DNA of 64,000 bases from an uncultured Gammaproteobacteria bacterium (lineage in GTDB: Bacteria; Patescibacteriota; Patescibacteriia; Magasanikbacterales; GWA2-37-8), in NCBI GenBank assembly GCA_964540825.1, contig CAZINT010000004.1:88835-152834 (forward strand), in the 5' to 3' direction. This document shows positions 29,901 to 39,329 of this stretch, piece by piece. The translations under genes and the position numbers were made by a program. How positions within the stretch are numbered: the first letter of the stretch is position 1; each line of letters starts with the position of its first letter. Below the pieces are notes generated by a model, which did not search any database, was not told the origin of the DNA, and saw nothing but the letters and a program-made list of their open reading frames with translations.

Positions 29901-32371
29901 TTTACAAAATTAAAATCCCCACCATCCTTATAAAATACAAGCGGCAACTTATCAGTACCAACTACCAAAGAAATTATTTGCTCACCGGAAAAGCTCATGG
30001 AAGCATCAAGTGTGCGCGTAACAAAAGCTGCGGCCGTATAGGTTGGAATTGTAGTAGGCAAAAGATTACCCGCAAATTGAATCGAACCTGAGGATGAAAT
30101 ATTTCCGTTACTGTCAATATAAAATTTACCCTGGTTACTGCCAGCCGCCTGTCCTAAGACCAAACTACTGCTATCTAAAGTGGAGGTTGTAACACCGTTC
30201 GAAACCACCACTCCGCTTTGGACATTCAAATACCTCCACCTTGTCGACGAGGCACCCAAATCATACAGATTATTGATTGAAGGGACGATATCCCCTGCCA
30301 CTGTAGTTGTTGCCAAAGTTGTAGTCGCAGCAAATGTATTTAAGCCAATAAATGTTTGATCCGCACTTAGCGACGCTCCAGCACCCGCACACCCCGTACA
30401 GTTGGTTACCGTTAAGCTGGTAATTGTCGCCGTGTTGGCAAAAAGCGAGGTGATGTTGCCGCTTTCAATGGTCGAGCTTGCAGCGGTTGTAGTTACAAAC
30501 GTTGAGGTTGCGCTCACACCCAAGGTACCGCTGACCGACAATTTAAACCCCGGATCAACCGTACCGATTCCGACCGATCCACCAAGGATTCCGAGTACAT
30601 TGCTCCGACTAATAGTCCCGCCTGTTCCAAGCCCTATGCCAAACGACCCACTTCCATTTACCACCATGCTTGTACCAAATGCCAGACTATTATTCCCCGC
30701 GACTGCGTTCGACTGACCGGCTGCAAAGCTGTACGATCCGTTGACTGTATTTGATTCGCCAAATGCGCCTGACCAATTTCCTCCAACCGAGTTTCCTTGT
30801 CCATAACCAAATGAATACTGACCGTTAACGGTATTATTAAAGCCGCCAGCAAAAGAGCCTTGATCGCCCGCAGTGTTACCATTGCCAAACGCAGCAGCAA
30901 AATTACCGCTAACCGTATTGCTTCGCCCAAAAGCAAATGCGCCGTTTCCGCCGCTTACTGTATTACCAAAACCACCCGCAAAACCGTAGTCTGCACTGAC
31001 CTGGTTATTAAAACCAAAAGCAGCCGAATTAGTGCCGATATTTGCCGCGTCCCACTGCGCGGCATTCACCGATCCGGCTCTAAACGCACTTTTGTTCGGT
31101 ATCCACATGAGCCGCGTTCCCGCTCCTTCATACGGGGTGCCACCAACAGTTCCAACAGCTAAAATACTTCCATCTTGGATGGTAAGCGCAGCGAGTGGCG
31201 ACGAGGTGGCTATTCCTACGGCGGTTGCAAAAGTGCTGGTAGCAACAAATGAAGCCGGACCACTAACTGCTAAGGTGGAAGAAGCGTTCAAAGCACCTGT
31301 TACTGTAAAAGTGCTTGTTACAGTTGACGAAGCAGCGATAAAACCACCATTTAAAATGGACAAACCAGTGTTAGTAAGAGTTCCGCTCAGGCTGAGGGAA
31401 TTTAGCCCGGTGATATTGTTGCCGCCAAAAGCAACACTTCCGGTCAAAGTGCCGCCAGCAAGGGCCAAATAATTGCTTGCCGTAATCGTGTCTTGAACCA
31501 TTGCGTCTGTAATCGAATTGTTTGGCAAGGTAATCGTACCATTTACTCGTAGGTCGGTAATATTTGCCGTTCCCGCTGTTGAACTAGCGATTGTTGTGGT
31601 GGTAAACGTGGTTGTCGCCGAAAAAGCATTGAGCCCGGTAAAGCTTTGGTTGTTCGCCAAAAATGCTAGCACCCCAGTTCCTGAAATACTCCCAAGCGGC
31701 AGCGTGAGGCCGCTAATGGTCCCGCTCAGATTTAAATCTCTAATATTAGCAGTCGTAATTGTAGTGCTTGCTATAGTTGATGATGAAAAAGTACTGGTTC
31801 CCGAGACAAATATGTTAGTACTGCTGATAGTATTAAATTGAAAATTTCCTTGACTATCCGAAACTGGAATATACGCTGAGCTTGAAACAGTTTTTGCTCC
31901 AAATCCACCAAGATACAAACTGTTTAGGGCATACGGGGCAGCTGTAATTTGCTTACGCGGTGTCAAAACCTCTGCGCCAATAGTTATCTCTAAATACACA
32001 CTTCCGTTATCTCTAAAAATTTCTGTGCTCAGCGGATTTGTCCCCGTATCACCAAAATTAACACTAAATATACCGCTTGAGGGTGTAACACTTATTGCCG
32101 CCGGGGTACCGAGCGTTCCGCCAGCTGTATAGAGCGCATTGCCTGCGGTAGGCGCGTCGTACAAAACAAACGTCATGTTCGTCGCCGTGCTGATTGGCAC
32201 ATTGGCACTACTCAAGAGCTTTCCCTGGTAGGTTATCATTGACGGCGGATTGGCCGCACGAACTGTTGATAAAGCCCACAAAAACGAACTGGCAAAAAAT
32301 AAAAACAGGCCGACGAGAAAAAATATCCGGCTTTTTGAAGCTGAGTCTTTATATTTCTGCAAAACCTCCAT
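26909..32371 (-). CDS. Giant repeat-rich surface protein (1820 aa), tandem paralog of the 2260-aa protein
   Basis: N-terminus and C-terminal ~230 aa about 80-90% identical by eye to the downstream paralog; same repeat classes. Confidence 0.85.
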   Translation of the reverse strand: MEVLQKYKDSASKSRIFFLVGLFLFFASSFLWALSTVRAANPPSMITYQGKLLSSANVPISTATNMTFVLYDAPTAGNALYTAGGTLGTPAAISVTPSSGIFSVNFGDTGTNPLSTEIFRDNGSVYLEITIGAEVLTPRKQITAAPYALNSLYLGGFGAKTVSSSAYIPVSDSQGNFQFNTISSTNIFVSGTSTFSSSTIASTTITTANIRDLNLSGTISGLTLPLGSISGTGVLAFLANNQSFTGLNAFSATTTFTTTTIASSTAGTANITDLRVNGTITLPNNSITDAMVQDTITASNYLALAGGTLTGSVAFGGNNITGLNSLSLSGTLTNTGLSILNGGFIAASSTVTSTFTVTGALNASSTLAVSGPASFVATSTFATAVGIATSSPLAALTIQDGSILAVGTVGGTPYEGAGTRLMWIPNKSAFRAGSVNAAQWDAANIGTNSAAFGFNNQVSADYGFAGGFGNTVSGGNGAFAFGRSNTVSGNFAAAFGNGNTAGDQGSFAGGFNNTVNGQYSFGYGQGNSVGGNWSGAFGESNTVNGSYSFAAGQSNAVAGNNSLAFGTSMVVNGSGSFGIGLGTGGTISRSNVLGILGGSVGIGTVDPGFKLSVSGTLGVSATSTFVTTTAASSTIESGNITSLFANTATITSLTVTNCTGCAGAGASLSADQTFIGLNTFAATTTLATTTVAGDIVPSINNLYDLGASSTRWRYLNVQSGVVVSNGVTTSTLDSSSLVLGQAAGSNQGKFYIDSNGNISSSGSIQFAGNLLPTTIPTYTAAAFVTRTLDASMSFSGEQIISLVVGTDKLPLVFYKDGGDFNFVKCADVTCATIATQNTLFGGDAGGNDVSAVVGSDGFPAVAIYDSFRQRINFYHCTNLDCSSRDIVSIGNSFVNFGGSYLSLAVGKDGLPAIAYYDDANADVRFIHCLDLSCNTRTDTGVDTSGSNVGQQVTLAIPTDGRPVMAYYNATNDSVVFARCGEPSCTVTSKIFITTLDTTGDPGRFISMTIGNDNFPVISYRESFFNRFLIFKCNAADCTSGSAAGQEVDSNVPFPGFYNSIKVGVDGRVITVYQSATTTFKLFAYTCGEANCNYGSTSTLLDGASATGYGNSLAIGADGLPIVAYYGNSKLNFLRCADIDCIATSTQVVSGGQNLGSAGAYFNNVFANQFLGKRFQVAAFDVAEDYPTSDPTLGAGDVVAFDPERPGYVRRAVAADEVIGIVSTEPGLLLSEWKNSSSGGFHVPVALSGRVPVKVNSSHGDIHVGDRLELSDTPGTAARATGKRTVAIAMDNFVSSTTGVITAFVNLDSGSSGNIYQGLTVNSTDHSITFGTSTEPYSVVLNGDLSVVDPSIVKVSFSTTTLLAANVQDFENAKAFILNAPNFAPTSTSDRILFSLRSNNTPVFSVAANGDVNTVGNYYGASATFGSSTNPGDLAERVDIASDDTAEAGDVMIVDPNSPDTYRRSSTSYDSAVAGVISSNPTIVVGKGKTDYTANLAMVGRVPVKVVNENGSIQRGDLLVASSRPGYAMKYDPTLDVSSKVVGIIGIALDPLTAEQGKIAALIRTGWVYSQTKTLTDLQATVDSLAGTNSENLSANVETMSVTSEEGRITLAKDLSLGGRALLAVGRVQGVNNAWEIDEQGNARVKKLTADQVVTKQLVITPNSDQSKTTIGQATINNGESSVRVENSLFTTSTKIFVTFVNNPKHFWWVSNKEAGAFTIMLDTPAEEDVAFDYWLVPTTPVDNLITPPSEAMPAPEAPSDFSKNADEDSGAVTSTVESMDSANFSTQNPEITSGPSPESTSTVLNVAASSTPADASASNP

Positions 32372-32547
32372 AGGCTTGTTTCAAAATAGGCTGTTGTTCA
32401 CCTATTTTTCCTTACTATAAGTATACCACTAATTACAGTAAAATTAAATAAAAATAACTACCGCCTATCCACGCCTCCTGCTTTAAAAAATAACGACCGG
32501 TTATTTAAGCCGGTCGTTATTTTATAAAGTATACGTAGTGCTGCTTT

Positions 32548-35460
32548 TTAACGAGGTTTTTCCTCAGTTGGCGTACTGGCAGCATTTTCGGAATTATTTT
32601 TTTTAACGAGCCCCACATTAGATCCGATTGTTGCCACTTCTGTACCGCTCAGATCAATCACGTTAGTCTTAGCCGGCTGGTATTCCTTGTGGTCGTACGT
32701 GACATAATACCGGTTATCTCCGGCCAAGAAATAATATCGACCTCGGGAGTCAGTTATCTGTGTTGAAACGAGTTTGTTGAACTGTGAACTAAATAAACGT
32801 GCTACAGCCCGAGCAACCGGTGTTCGAGACTTTGCGTCATAGACAATACCCCAGCTCTTTGGTTTTGGCGGCAAAGCCAGGCGCCTAAAGACAAAAAACA
32901 TTACCACGTGCCCCGCCAAAAGCGCTGCAACATACCACTTAGGAGTTATGTAGAGGGAAACTGCTGTAACGGCCAATCCAAACCACGACAGTGCAACTTG
33001 AATTTTTTTACCCATCTTTTCCCAAATCAAACGACGCGGAGTCTTGTTTTCGCCAGTCGGATCAAGCGGAATATTGGCGGTAATAATTGGGTCCTTTTCT
33101 TTAATGACCACTGGCTCACCGTGGTAAATATCTGCCTTTTTACCATCGGTGGCAAAACCGCGCAACAAAACAGATGGAAAAACCATTTTTTCCTTTGAAA
33201 CCTCCAGGCGGTACTTGCCTGGATTAACGGTAAAATAATAGCGGCCGTTCTTGTCGGTGACACGCGACTGAATAACTTTTCCCGTTTCAAAATCAACGAG
33301 ACGTATAATAGCAAGATCTACCGGCAACTTGCTGAGTGAATTATATACCTGGCCCCATCCTTGGCGCTTTTTGCGACCAAGCAATAAAACTGGCTGTAAA
33401 AATAACAGCCGAAGAAGCGGCAGTAAATCAACCCACGAAATTAACGGGGCCGCACTTACCGCGATAATACCGGCGGCAGCAGGAGCAACGACCGTGCCAG
33501 CTGCCTGCTGCACCTGAGGGTTATCGGCTAAATTCTGAAGCACCTTAGTAACAGCTTGCGATTTGGCTGCTAAATTTTGCGCGACATTCTTAATGTTTTC
33601 ACCAAGCGGCTTTTTTAAATCAATAACTTCAGCCAGTGTCGGCGGTATCGTAATAAGCGTTACTGATGGAGCAAAAATGTTATTCGTCACTACTTCAAGC
33701 GGCACGCTATAGTCGTATCGCCCCGCTGCCGAAATTTTGGCATAGTATCGGCCGTTTGGCACAACCCAACCAAACATACCTTGCTCGTTGGCTGTTTGAG
33801 GATTTACTTGGGCATAACGATCAAGAGCAACTGCATCGCCGCTTTCAGACAAGAGTGTAATTTTAGCCCCAGGAACAGGGGCTTTTTTATCGCCCAGGAC
33901 TTGGCCGAAGGGACGGCTATCAAGCGTAAACGCAACGGTATCCACTTGTCCAGCACCATAATCAATCTTCACATAGGCCTGATGTACACCAACATTTGGA
34001 AAAATAAAATCCGTATAATACTTTTTATCTCCTTCATTATATGAAAGAAAGTGTTCATTTGTGCCATCAACAACCACAGCGATTCCGATCGGTTTTTGAC
34101 CCAAAACTGCCGAATTTATAGCGGTTGTAAAAGTAAACCCGGTTATATTCGTGACAGCTCCGCTGAGCAGGGTGAGCTGCACAGTCCGATTGGCTGCCGA
34201 AAATATTAGTGCGTCAGCAGTAATTTTCAAAAAACTTGGTACTGTCGAGGTAGGTACTACCACCGTCGGCTCCTCCGGAGTTGGCAGCGTAGGTGTCGAG
34301 GTTGGCGTCGGCACTTGGCAGCTGCTCGCCAGTGAGCAGACGGTATCAGCGCAGTCTATCAGACCATCAGCATTGTCATCGATTCCATTACTACACATTT
34401 CCTGGCCGACCAGTGCTGGGAGCTCTGCGCTTCCTGAGACGCCTGAGCTAAAATTATTGGATGTATCAAAAGAAAAAAGTGTATAAAAATATTGCACGTT
34501 TGTCGCGAGCCCCGTATCAACAAACAGTTGACCTTTGCCGCTATAAACTTCAAGTCCGTCGGTAATCGATCGGGGTGCGCTGCCAGTTTTACGAATAATT
34601 TTTACCCCCTCAAAATCTGGGGCGACCATCTCGGTTGGATTTTCCCAGCTGAGCACAATTTTTCCATCTGTCGCTATAACTTTAAGATTACTTACGTCAG
34701 GCGGCGGCACTACTTTTTTAAGAGTGGTAAACGTCCCATCGCCACTATTAGTACTGTTACCATTTGCATCGGTCGCAATAACTCTAAAGTGATAGATGGT
34801 GTTCGCTGTCAGACCAACTAAAACAATTTTATGCTTAACAACGGAGCTAGCGTCTGTAGCTAAACTGCCATAGCCAGCCGTTATACCATATTGTACTTGA
34901 CTATCAGAGGCTTCATCTGTATCCCATGTTATTGTGGCAGTAGTTTCACCAGGAACAACCGCTACATTAGTTAGTGCGGGGGGTGTTGTATCGGTTTCTG
35001 ATTTTGTTTTGAAAGAACCGGCCGACTCGGTAGTGTGGTTAGCGGTATCGGTTACACTGATTTTATAAAAATAGAGGGTGTCTGTTGCAAGCCCTGACAA
35101 AGAAACTTGGTATGCGCCCGTAATGCTTCCAGTCATTCCATATGCAGCACTTGTTCCATAGACAAAACTACTCATGCTTATTCCTTTGTCGTCGCTGGCT
35201 GACCAGGTAACACGAGCACTCGTAAAATCAACTGTTGCGTTTACACCCGCGATCACGGGCGGGTTATCCATCTCAGGCGGCGGCGTGTCGGTAGTCCCAC
35301 CACCACCGCCACCTCCGCCGCCGCCGTTATTAGTTTGATTTGGAACCGTCGCTCCAACCGTAATAGCGCCAGACTGAGTTTCAGCAAAAACAACCTGAAC
35401 CATAGCTTGTGAGGCAAGCAGTGCGCAGACCAAAATAAAAACCAAAATTTTACGCCACAT
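32548..35460 (-). CDS. Large surface/membrane protein with fibronectin-III-like repeats, Cys-rich motif, CnaB/carboxypeptidase-regulatory-like domains and C-terminal TM helices
   Basis: Signal peptide, poly-Gly linker, three ~90-aa FN3-like repeats (VTWSASDD..., ITWDTDEASD..., LSWENPTE...), CxxGxDDNxDGxxDCxDxxC motif, GRYYF/GKYRLEV beta-sandwich motifs, two hydrophobic helices near C-terminus. Confidence 0.65.
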   Translation of the reverse strand: MWRKILVFILVCALLASQAMVQVVFAETQSGAITVGATVPNQTNNGGGGGGGGGGTTDTPPPEMDNPPVIAGVNATVDFTSARVTWSASDDKGISMSSFVYGTSAAYGMTGSITGAYQVSLSGLATDTLYFYKISVTDTANHTTESAGSFKTKSETDTTPPALTNVAVVPGETTATITWDTDEASDSQVQYGITAGYGSLATDASSVVKHKIVLVGLTANTIYHFRVIATDANGNSTNSGDGTFTTLKKVVPPPDVSNLKVIATDGKIVLSWENPTEMVAPDFEGVKIIRKTGSAPRSITDGLEVYSGKGQLFVDTGLATNVQYFYTLFSFDTSNNFSSGVSGSAELPALVGQEMCSNGIDDNADGLIDCADTVCSLASSCQVPTPTSTPTLPTPEEPTVVVPTSTVPSFLKITADALIFSAANRTVQLTLLSGAVTNITGFTFTTAINSAVLGQKPIGIAVVVDGTNEHFLSYNEGDKKYYTDFIFPNVGVHQAYVKIDYGAGQVDTVAFTLDSRPFGQVLGDKKAPVPGAKITLLSESGDAVALDRYAQVNPQTANEQGMFGWVVPNGRYYAKISAAGRYDYSVPLEVVTNNIFAPSVTLITIPPTLAEVIDLKKPLGENIKNVAQNLAAKSQAVTKVLQNLADNPQVQQAAGTVVAPAAAGIIAVSAAPLISWVDLLPLLRLLFLQPVLLLGRKKRQGWGQVYNSLSKLPVDLAIIRLVDFETGKVIQSRVTDKNGRYYFTVNPGKYRLEVSKEKMVFPSVLLRGFATDGKKADIYHGEPVVIKEKDPIITANIPLDPTGENKTPRRLIWEKMGKKIQVALSWFGLAVTAVSLYITPKWYVAALLAGHVVMFFVFRRLALPPKPKSWGIVYDAKSRTPVARAVARLFSSQFNKLVSTQITDSRGRYYFLAGDNRYYVTYDHKEYQPAKTNVIDLSGTEVATIGSNVGLVKKNNSENAASTPTEEKPR

Positions 35461-36379
35461 ATTTTTTTACGATGCTTCTTTGGCGAAGACGCCTAATAAA
35501 CCAAGCAATACTAACTAAAATCAGGACTGCAACGGCTAGACTCCAATATGAAAAATACCAAAATGATGTTTCACTGATAGCAACCTGCCCTGTTTTACCA
35601 TACGTAACCTGCACGGACATTTTATAAAGCCCCGGCCAGAAGAGTTTAGCGCATACCGTTCCTTCAACTGCACAAGTGTCTTTTTTAGTTGCTGTTATTT
35701 TTTCAACCACTAAACGCTCTGATTGCGGCAGCACCTGATTACCGAGCGAAATGTCTTTTGCGTCAATTTCTTTTCCACCCAGCGAGCGAACAGTCACCCT
35801 GCCCCGGAGCGGAACTTCTATGGTACCGACATTTTGAATTCGTATTTTGGCATCAAAAGGTTTGGCGCCAAAGACTACAGGGTGCGGCACATCGGCCGAT
35901 ACTGTTACCGACTCCGTTACAACACCAGCCACTTGAATAGACAGGAGGCTGATTAAGCGCGGCGTTAAAACAGCGGTACCTGTCGAATCTGGCCGGGACT
36001 CAACAACCAGCCCTACCCAGTGTGAACCGGGCAACGCTCCACGAGGAACACTTATTTTAAAAGCAGCGGTCGCTTGTTTGCCGGGTGCAAGCACGATAGG
36101 CTCAGGCGCCGGTACCACCCATTTTTCTGCATCATCAAGACCACTGCCAAAAATTGGCTTGCCCGTCGGATCTTGCTGTAAACCAGTTACTAAAAGCTGC
36201 AACCGAACAGTGCTGGCATCATTGTTCGTAACGGTGACTTTTAAATCTTGGGTTGTGCCTGGGTCAATCGTAATAATTCGACGAGCCGGACTGAGCGTCA
36301 ACGCCGCGGCGCTAGAAACGTTTGCAAAAAAAACCACCAACAGCGCCGCCAAAAAAGTTGTACCTAAAAATCGCTTCAT
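35450..36379 (-). CDS. Secreted beta-rich protein with C-terminal membrane anchor (Ig-like/chaperone-like fold suspected)
   Basis: Signal peptide, beta-strand-pattern sequence, C-terminal TM WYFSYWSLAVAVLILVSIAWFIRRLRQR with basic tail; 11-nt overlap with downstream gene. Confidence 0.55.
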   Translation of the reverse strand: MKRFLGTTFLAALLVVFFANVSSAAALTLSPARRIITIDPGTTQDLKVTVTNNDASTVRLQLLVTGLQQDPTGKPIFGSGLDDAEKWVVPAPEPIVLAPGKQATAAFKISVPRGALPGSHWVGLVVESRPDSTGTAVLTPRLISLLSIQVAGVVTESVTVSADVPHPVVFGAKPFDAKIRIQNVGTIEVPLRGRVTVRSLGGKEIDAKDISLGNQVLPQSERLVVEKITATKKDTCAVEGTVCAKLFWPGLYKMSVQVTYGKTGQVAISETSFWYFSYWSLAVAVLILVSIAWFIRRLRQRSIVKKYVA

Positions 36380-36384
36380 ACTAT

Positions 36385-37014
36385 TTAAGGATTACTACTC
36401 GCGCTCAGCGTAATGTTCTGACTATACGTGGCTGCTGCAGAAGCGCTTGAAATTGATGCCTTGAAGGTGAGGGTTGTGGCGCTTCCAGTGATTGCCGATG
36501 CCTTTGTTGCCAGATTGAGCCCGTTCGTTACGGCGACATCAGTCGTAATTAAACGCTCGTTACCCGTGGTGGTTAAACCGTATTCTTCAGATCCGGCCGT
36601 AACCATACCATCTGCTACTGGTGTAAGGCTTGTTCCTGTTACCGCGCCAACTGAAAGAGTGTACCCTGTCGGTACATCGGTTGTTACAGTCGCAACTGTG
36701 GATGCAGTATTTACTGCGGCAGTGCTCAACGTGCCGAGATCGAGCGAAGCGTTTGTAATTGACAGACTGATTTGCCCTGAATCAGTGGTCTGAAAGCCCC
36801 CCATAACCCTATAACTCGTGCTACTCGCTATACCAACAGATACGCCGGAAATGCTGTCCTGGAGACCAAATGAGGTGCTCGTGCTTAAACCGCCACCAAC
36901 CCCAATTGTATCTGAGATAATCTGAAAATTGGTCGACGACATAAATGCCGACGAACGAAGCGGATAGAGCACCAGAACTACCCCGGCGAGAAATAGAAAA
37001 ATCTTAGAATGCAT
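36385..37014 (-). CDS. Small secreted Ser/Thr/Gly-rich protein (possible fibre/pilus-like subunit)
   Basis: Sec signal (cleavage near SSA/F), repetitive S/T-rich low-complexity body. Confidence 0.55.
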   Translation of the reverse strand: MHSKIFLFLAGVVLVLYPLRSSAFMSSTNFQIISDTIGVGGGLSTSTSFGLQDSISGVSVGIASSTSYRVMGGFQTTDSGQISLSITNASLDLGTLSTAAVNTASTVATVTTDVPTGYTLSVGAVTGTSLTPVADGMVTAGSEEYGLTTTGNERLITTDVAVTNGLNLATKASAITGSATTLTFKASISSASAAATYSQNITLSASSNP

Positions 37015-37040
37015 ACACGCGTTCGCTCATGAATAAATCT

Positions 37041-39329
37041 TTATTTAACAAGCGCTTTAATCTTAGCGGCCACGTCTTTATTATCCGGATTCAAATCTTT
37101 AACACGGTAATAGTACTGAAGCGCCACTGTTTTTTGACCTTTGGTCTCATATGCAAGCCCAAGACTGTAAAGCGCATTAGAATAATTGGGCTGCAGGCGC
37201 ACTGCTTCAAGCCATAATTTTTCCGCCTCAGCACGATCGGTTCCTTGATTACGGTTATACAAGAGCCGTCCGTAGTTAAAAATAATTTCAACATTTTGCG
37301 GTGACTGGGCTAGAGCGTCTTTATAGGTTTCAACCGCCTTATCAATTTTTCCCGACTGTTCGTAGGCATTAGCCAGTTGTGTTTGGGCGCCCAAATAGTC
37401 ACTCTTTAAATAGAGCGCGTCATTATATTGTTTAATTGCCTCATCAAAATTACCGCTGAGCGCGTAATTATTTCCTAAGCGCCAGGCGAGCACGGGATTT
37501 GTTGGTTCATGCTTTTCGGCTTCAATCAAAGATTTTATTGCCCATTCGCGCGCCTCGGGAATAAGTGTGGCCGCGTTTTCATACATTGTGGCCAAATTTT
37601 CCCAGGTTGCCACCGAATTTGGTTTAAGGTCACTCGCACGGCGCGCTTCATTAACTGCGCTGGCCATAAAGGTGCTTACCTTGGCAACATCCGGTTTGAA
37701 CGTACGGCTTTCAGCTACTGCTTCAAGTAAATAAATTTGAGCGAGTGCCGTATGATACACTTCCGAATCATCACGCAGTGCCAAAGATTTTTTTATGAGC
37801 GCTTCGGCATCGGCATAGCGTGTGGTTGAAAGTGCTTGGGCATAATACACGTCAGCGACATACAGACGAGCACCCCACACTCCAAAAAGAGCGATGCCAG
37901 CCATGACAACAATCATGATAAATGAGAACGACAAATTATACTCCGGAGTGTTTGCAATCGTCATTCGCTTGGTGGTAGTCAGCCGCGGCTGGATGAACAA
38001 AAGACCCGTTATAGCGAGACCCATCAGTGTCCACCAGAGCCACCATAAAACCGGACCAAAGAAAATGACCGCCGAACCAATAGTTAAGGCAACCCAACCG
38101 ATAACAACCAAAAATGTTTCCCAGTGGACTACGAGGCCGCGAGTTTTTTCAATCATTGCATTAATGCTCGAAACACCGCCTTCAAGACGAATACGAAGCC
38201 ATCCCGATAATGACTGGCCCACAAACGTAACTGCCAAAAATGCTAACACCAGCATAAAGATAATGCCGCCCTCAGCCAATAGTCCAAGCAGTGTAGAAAA
38301 AGGTGAATTGAACCGGATAGTCCAGGCCAATGCATCAGCATTAAAATCACGCGATCTAAATTGCGAAAAATCAGTCGTAAAGGTACCTGGACCGCTCCCA
38401 AGGAATAAATTCTTGGCACCTGAAACAAGTGTTTGAGAAGAAATAATCCACGATGACTTGAAACTCAGAATCGTTTCAATCGGCAATACATATTGAAACG
38501 AACGAGGTGTGTCAAAGAAAATAAAAATTACTACTAATACCAAAACCGCAAACAAAACCGACAGGGCAGATAAACGAGCTTCACGAATAAAGCCAATTCC
38601 TAAAAGGAGCAGTAAAACGAGCGCAGCCAAAAGGACCCACCAAATTAATTTAAAGCTGAGAAGTATTAAACCGATAAATGCGAGTACTGCAGCCACTCCA
38701 TATAAAAGCCCACCAACAACACCAATATTCTTTTTAATAAGCTGTCCAGCAGCCAGAATAAAAATGACCACCAGCCAAATACCAAAGGTTCCATTAAAGC
38801 CTTCGATCGTATTAGAAATTGTTGTGTAGCCCGTTAGCCAATTAAAGATATCTACGTTAAAAGCAGCTTTAAGCACAAAAAGTCCTGACGTTACCGCACC
38901 AATGGCAACCAGCACATTAAAAAGAAGCATCCAGCGGCGTGGGCTCGTAATAACCTGAACGACTAGAAAATAAAATAAGGCCAAGAAGCCCAGGTACAAG
39001 ACACTCAGTCCAAAATAGTCATTGCGACCCAGTAAACTCTCACGCAACATTCCTGAAAAAAGTGCCGATACTAGCGCGCTTACAAACAACCCTACGACCG
39101 GTATATCAAGCGGCGAACGGCGAAAAGAAATTTGTTTGGAAAGCACGGCGCGCGCAGCAATAATGAGGAGACCCGTGAGCACCAGCCCCACCAACAAAAT
39201 TGTTTTGGGCAAAATGTAAAAATTTACCAATCGCGTATCGATCGCGAGCGGCAGTACAACAGCGGTTAGCAAAACGACAAAAAATAAGGCGTATTCTAAC
39301 CACCCCAGAAGGCGATGTTGGCTGACCAT
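37041..39329 (-). CDS. O-antigen ligase (Wzy_C)-family polytopic membrane protein with C-terminal TPR repeats
   Basis: More than 10 predicted TM helices in N-terminal 450 aa followed by multiple TPR units (AYYxLG.../NNYALSGNFDEAIKQY...). Confidence 0.75.
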   Translation of the reverse strand: MVSQHRLLGWLEYALFFVVLLTAVVLPLAIDTRLVNFYILPKTILLVGLVLTGLLIIAARAVLSKQISFRRSPLDIPVVGLFVSALVSALFSGMLRESLLGRNDYFGLSVLYLGFLALFYFLVVQVITSPRRWMLLFNVLVAIGAVTSGLFVLKAAFNVDIFNWLTGYTTISNTIEGFNGTFGIWLVVIFILAAGQLIKKNIGVVGGLLYGVAAVLAFIGLILLSFKLIWWVLLAALVLLLLLGIGFIREARLSALSVLFAVLVLVVIFIFFDTPRSFQYVLPIETILSFKSSWIISSQTLVSGAKNLFLGSGPGTFTTDFSQFRSRDFNADALAWTIRFNSPFSTLLGLLAEGGIIFMLVLAFLAVTFVGQSLSGWLRIRLEGGVSSINAMIEKTRGLVVHWETFLVVIGWVALTIGSAVIFFGPVLWWLWWTLMGLAITGLLFIQPRLTTTKRMTIANTPEYNLSFSFIMIVVMAGIALFGVWGARLYVADVYYAQALSTTRYADAEALIKKSLALRDDSEVYHTALAQIYLLEAVAESRTFKPDVAKVSTFMASAVNEARRASDLKPNSVATWENLATMYENAATLIPEAREWAIKSLIEAEKHEPTNPVLAWRLGNNYALSGNFDEAIKQYNDALYLKSDYLGAQTQLANAYEQSGKIDKAVETYKDALAQSPQNVEIIFNYGRLLYNRNQGTDRAEAEKLWLEAVRLQPNYSNALYSLGLAYETKGQKTVALQYYYRVKDLNPDNKDVAAKIKALVK

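Noticed and set aside
20850-32000. Many 60-150-aa plus-strand ORFs within the two giant minus-strand genes (for example 24337-24774, 25336-25770, 31032-31472)
   Set aside because: They are antisense readings of the Thr/Ser/Gly-rich repeat DNA, which gives Val/Pro/Ala-rich mirror ORFs, with no independent start signals; the continuous 2260- and 1820-aa frames explain the region
20046-32371. Regularly spaced internal repeats considered as a possible CRISPR array
   Set aside because: The repeats are degenerate (not identical), lie inside one long open reading frame, and vary in length; they are coding tandem repeats, not repeat-spacer units. No cas genes are present.
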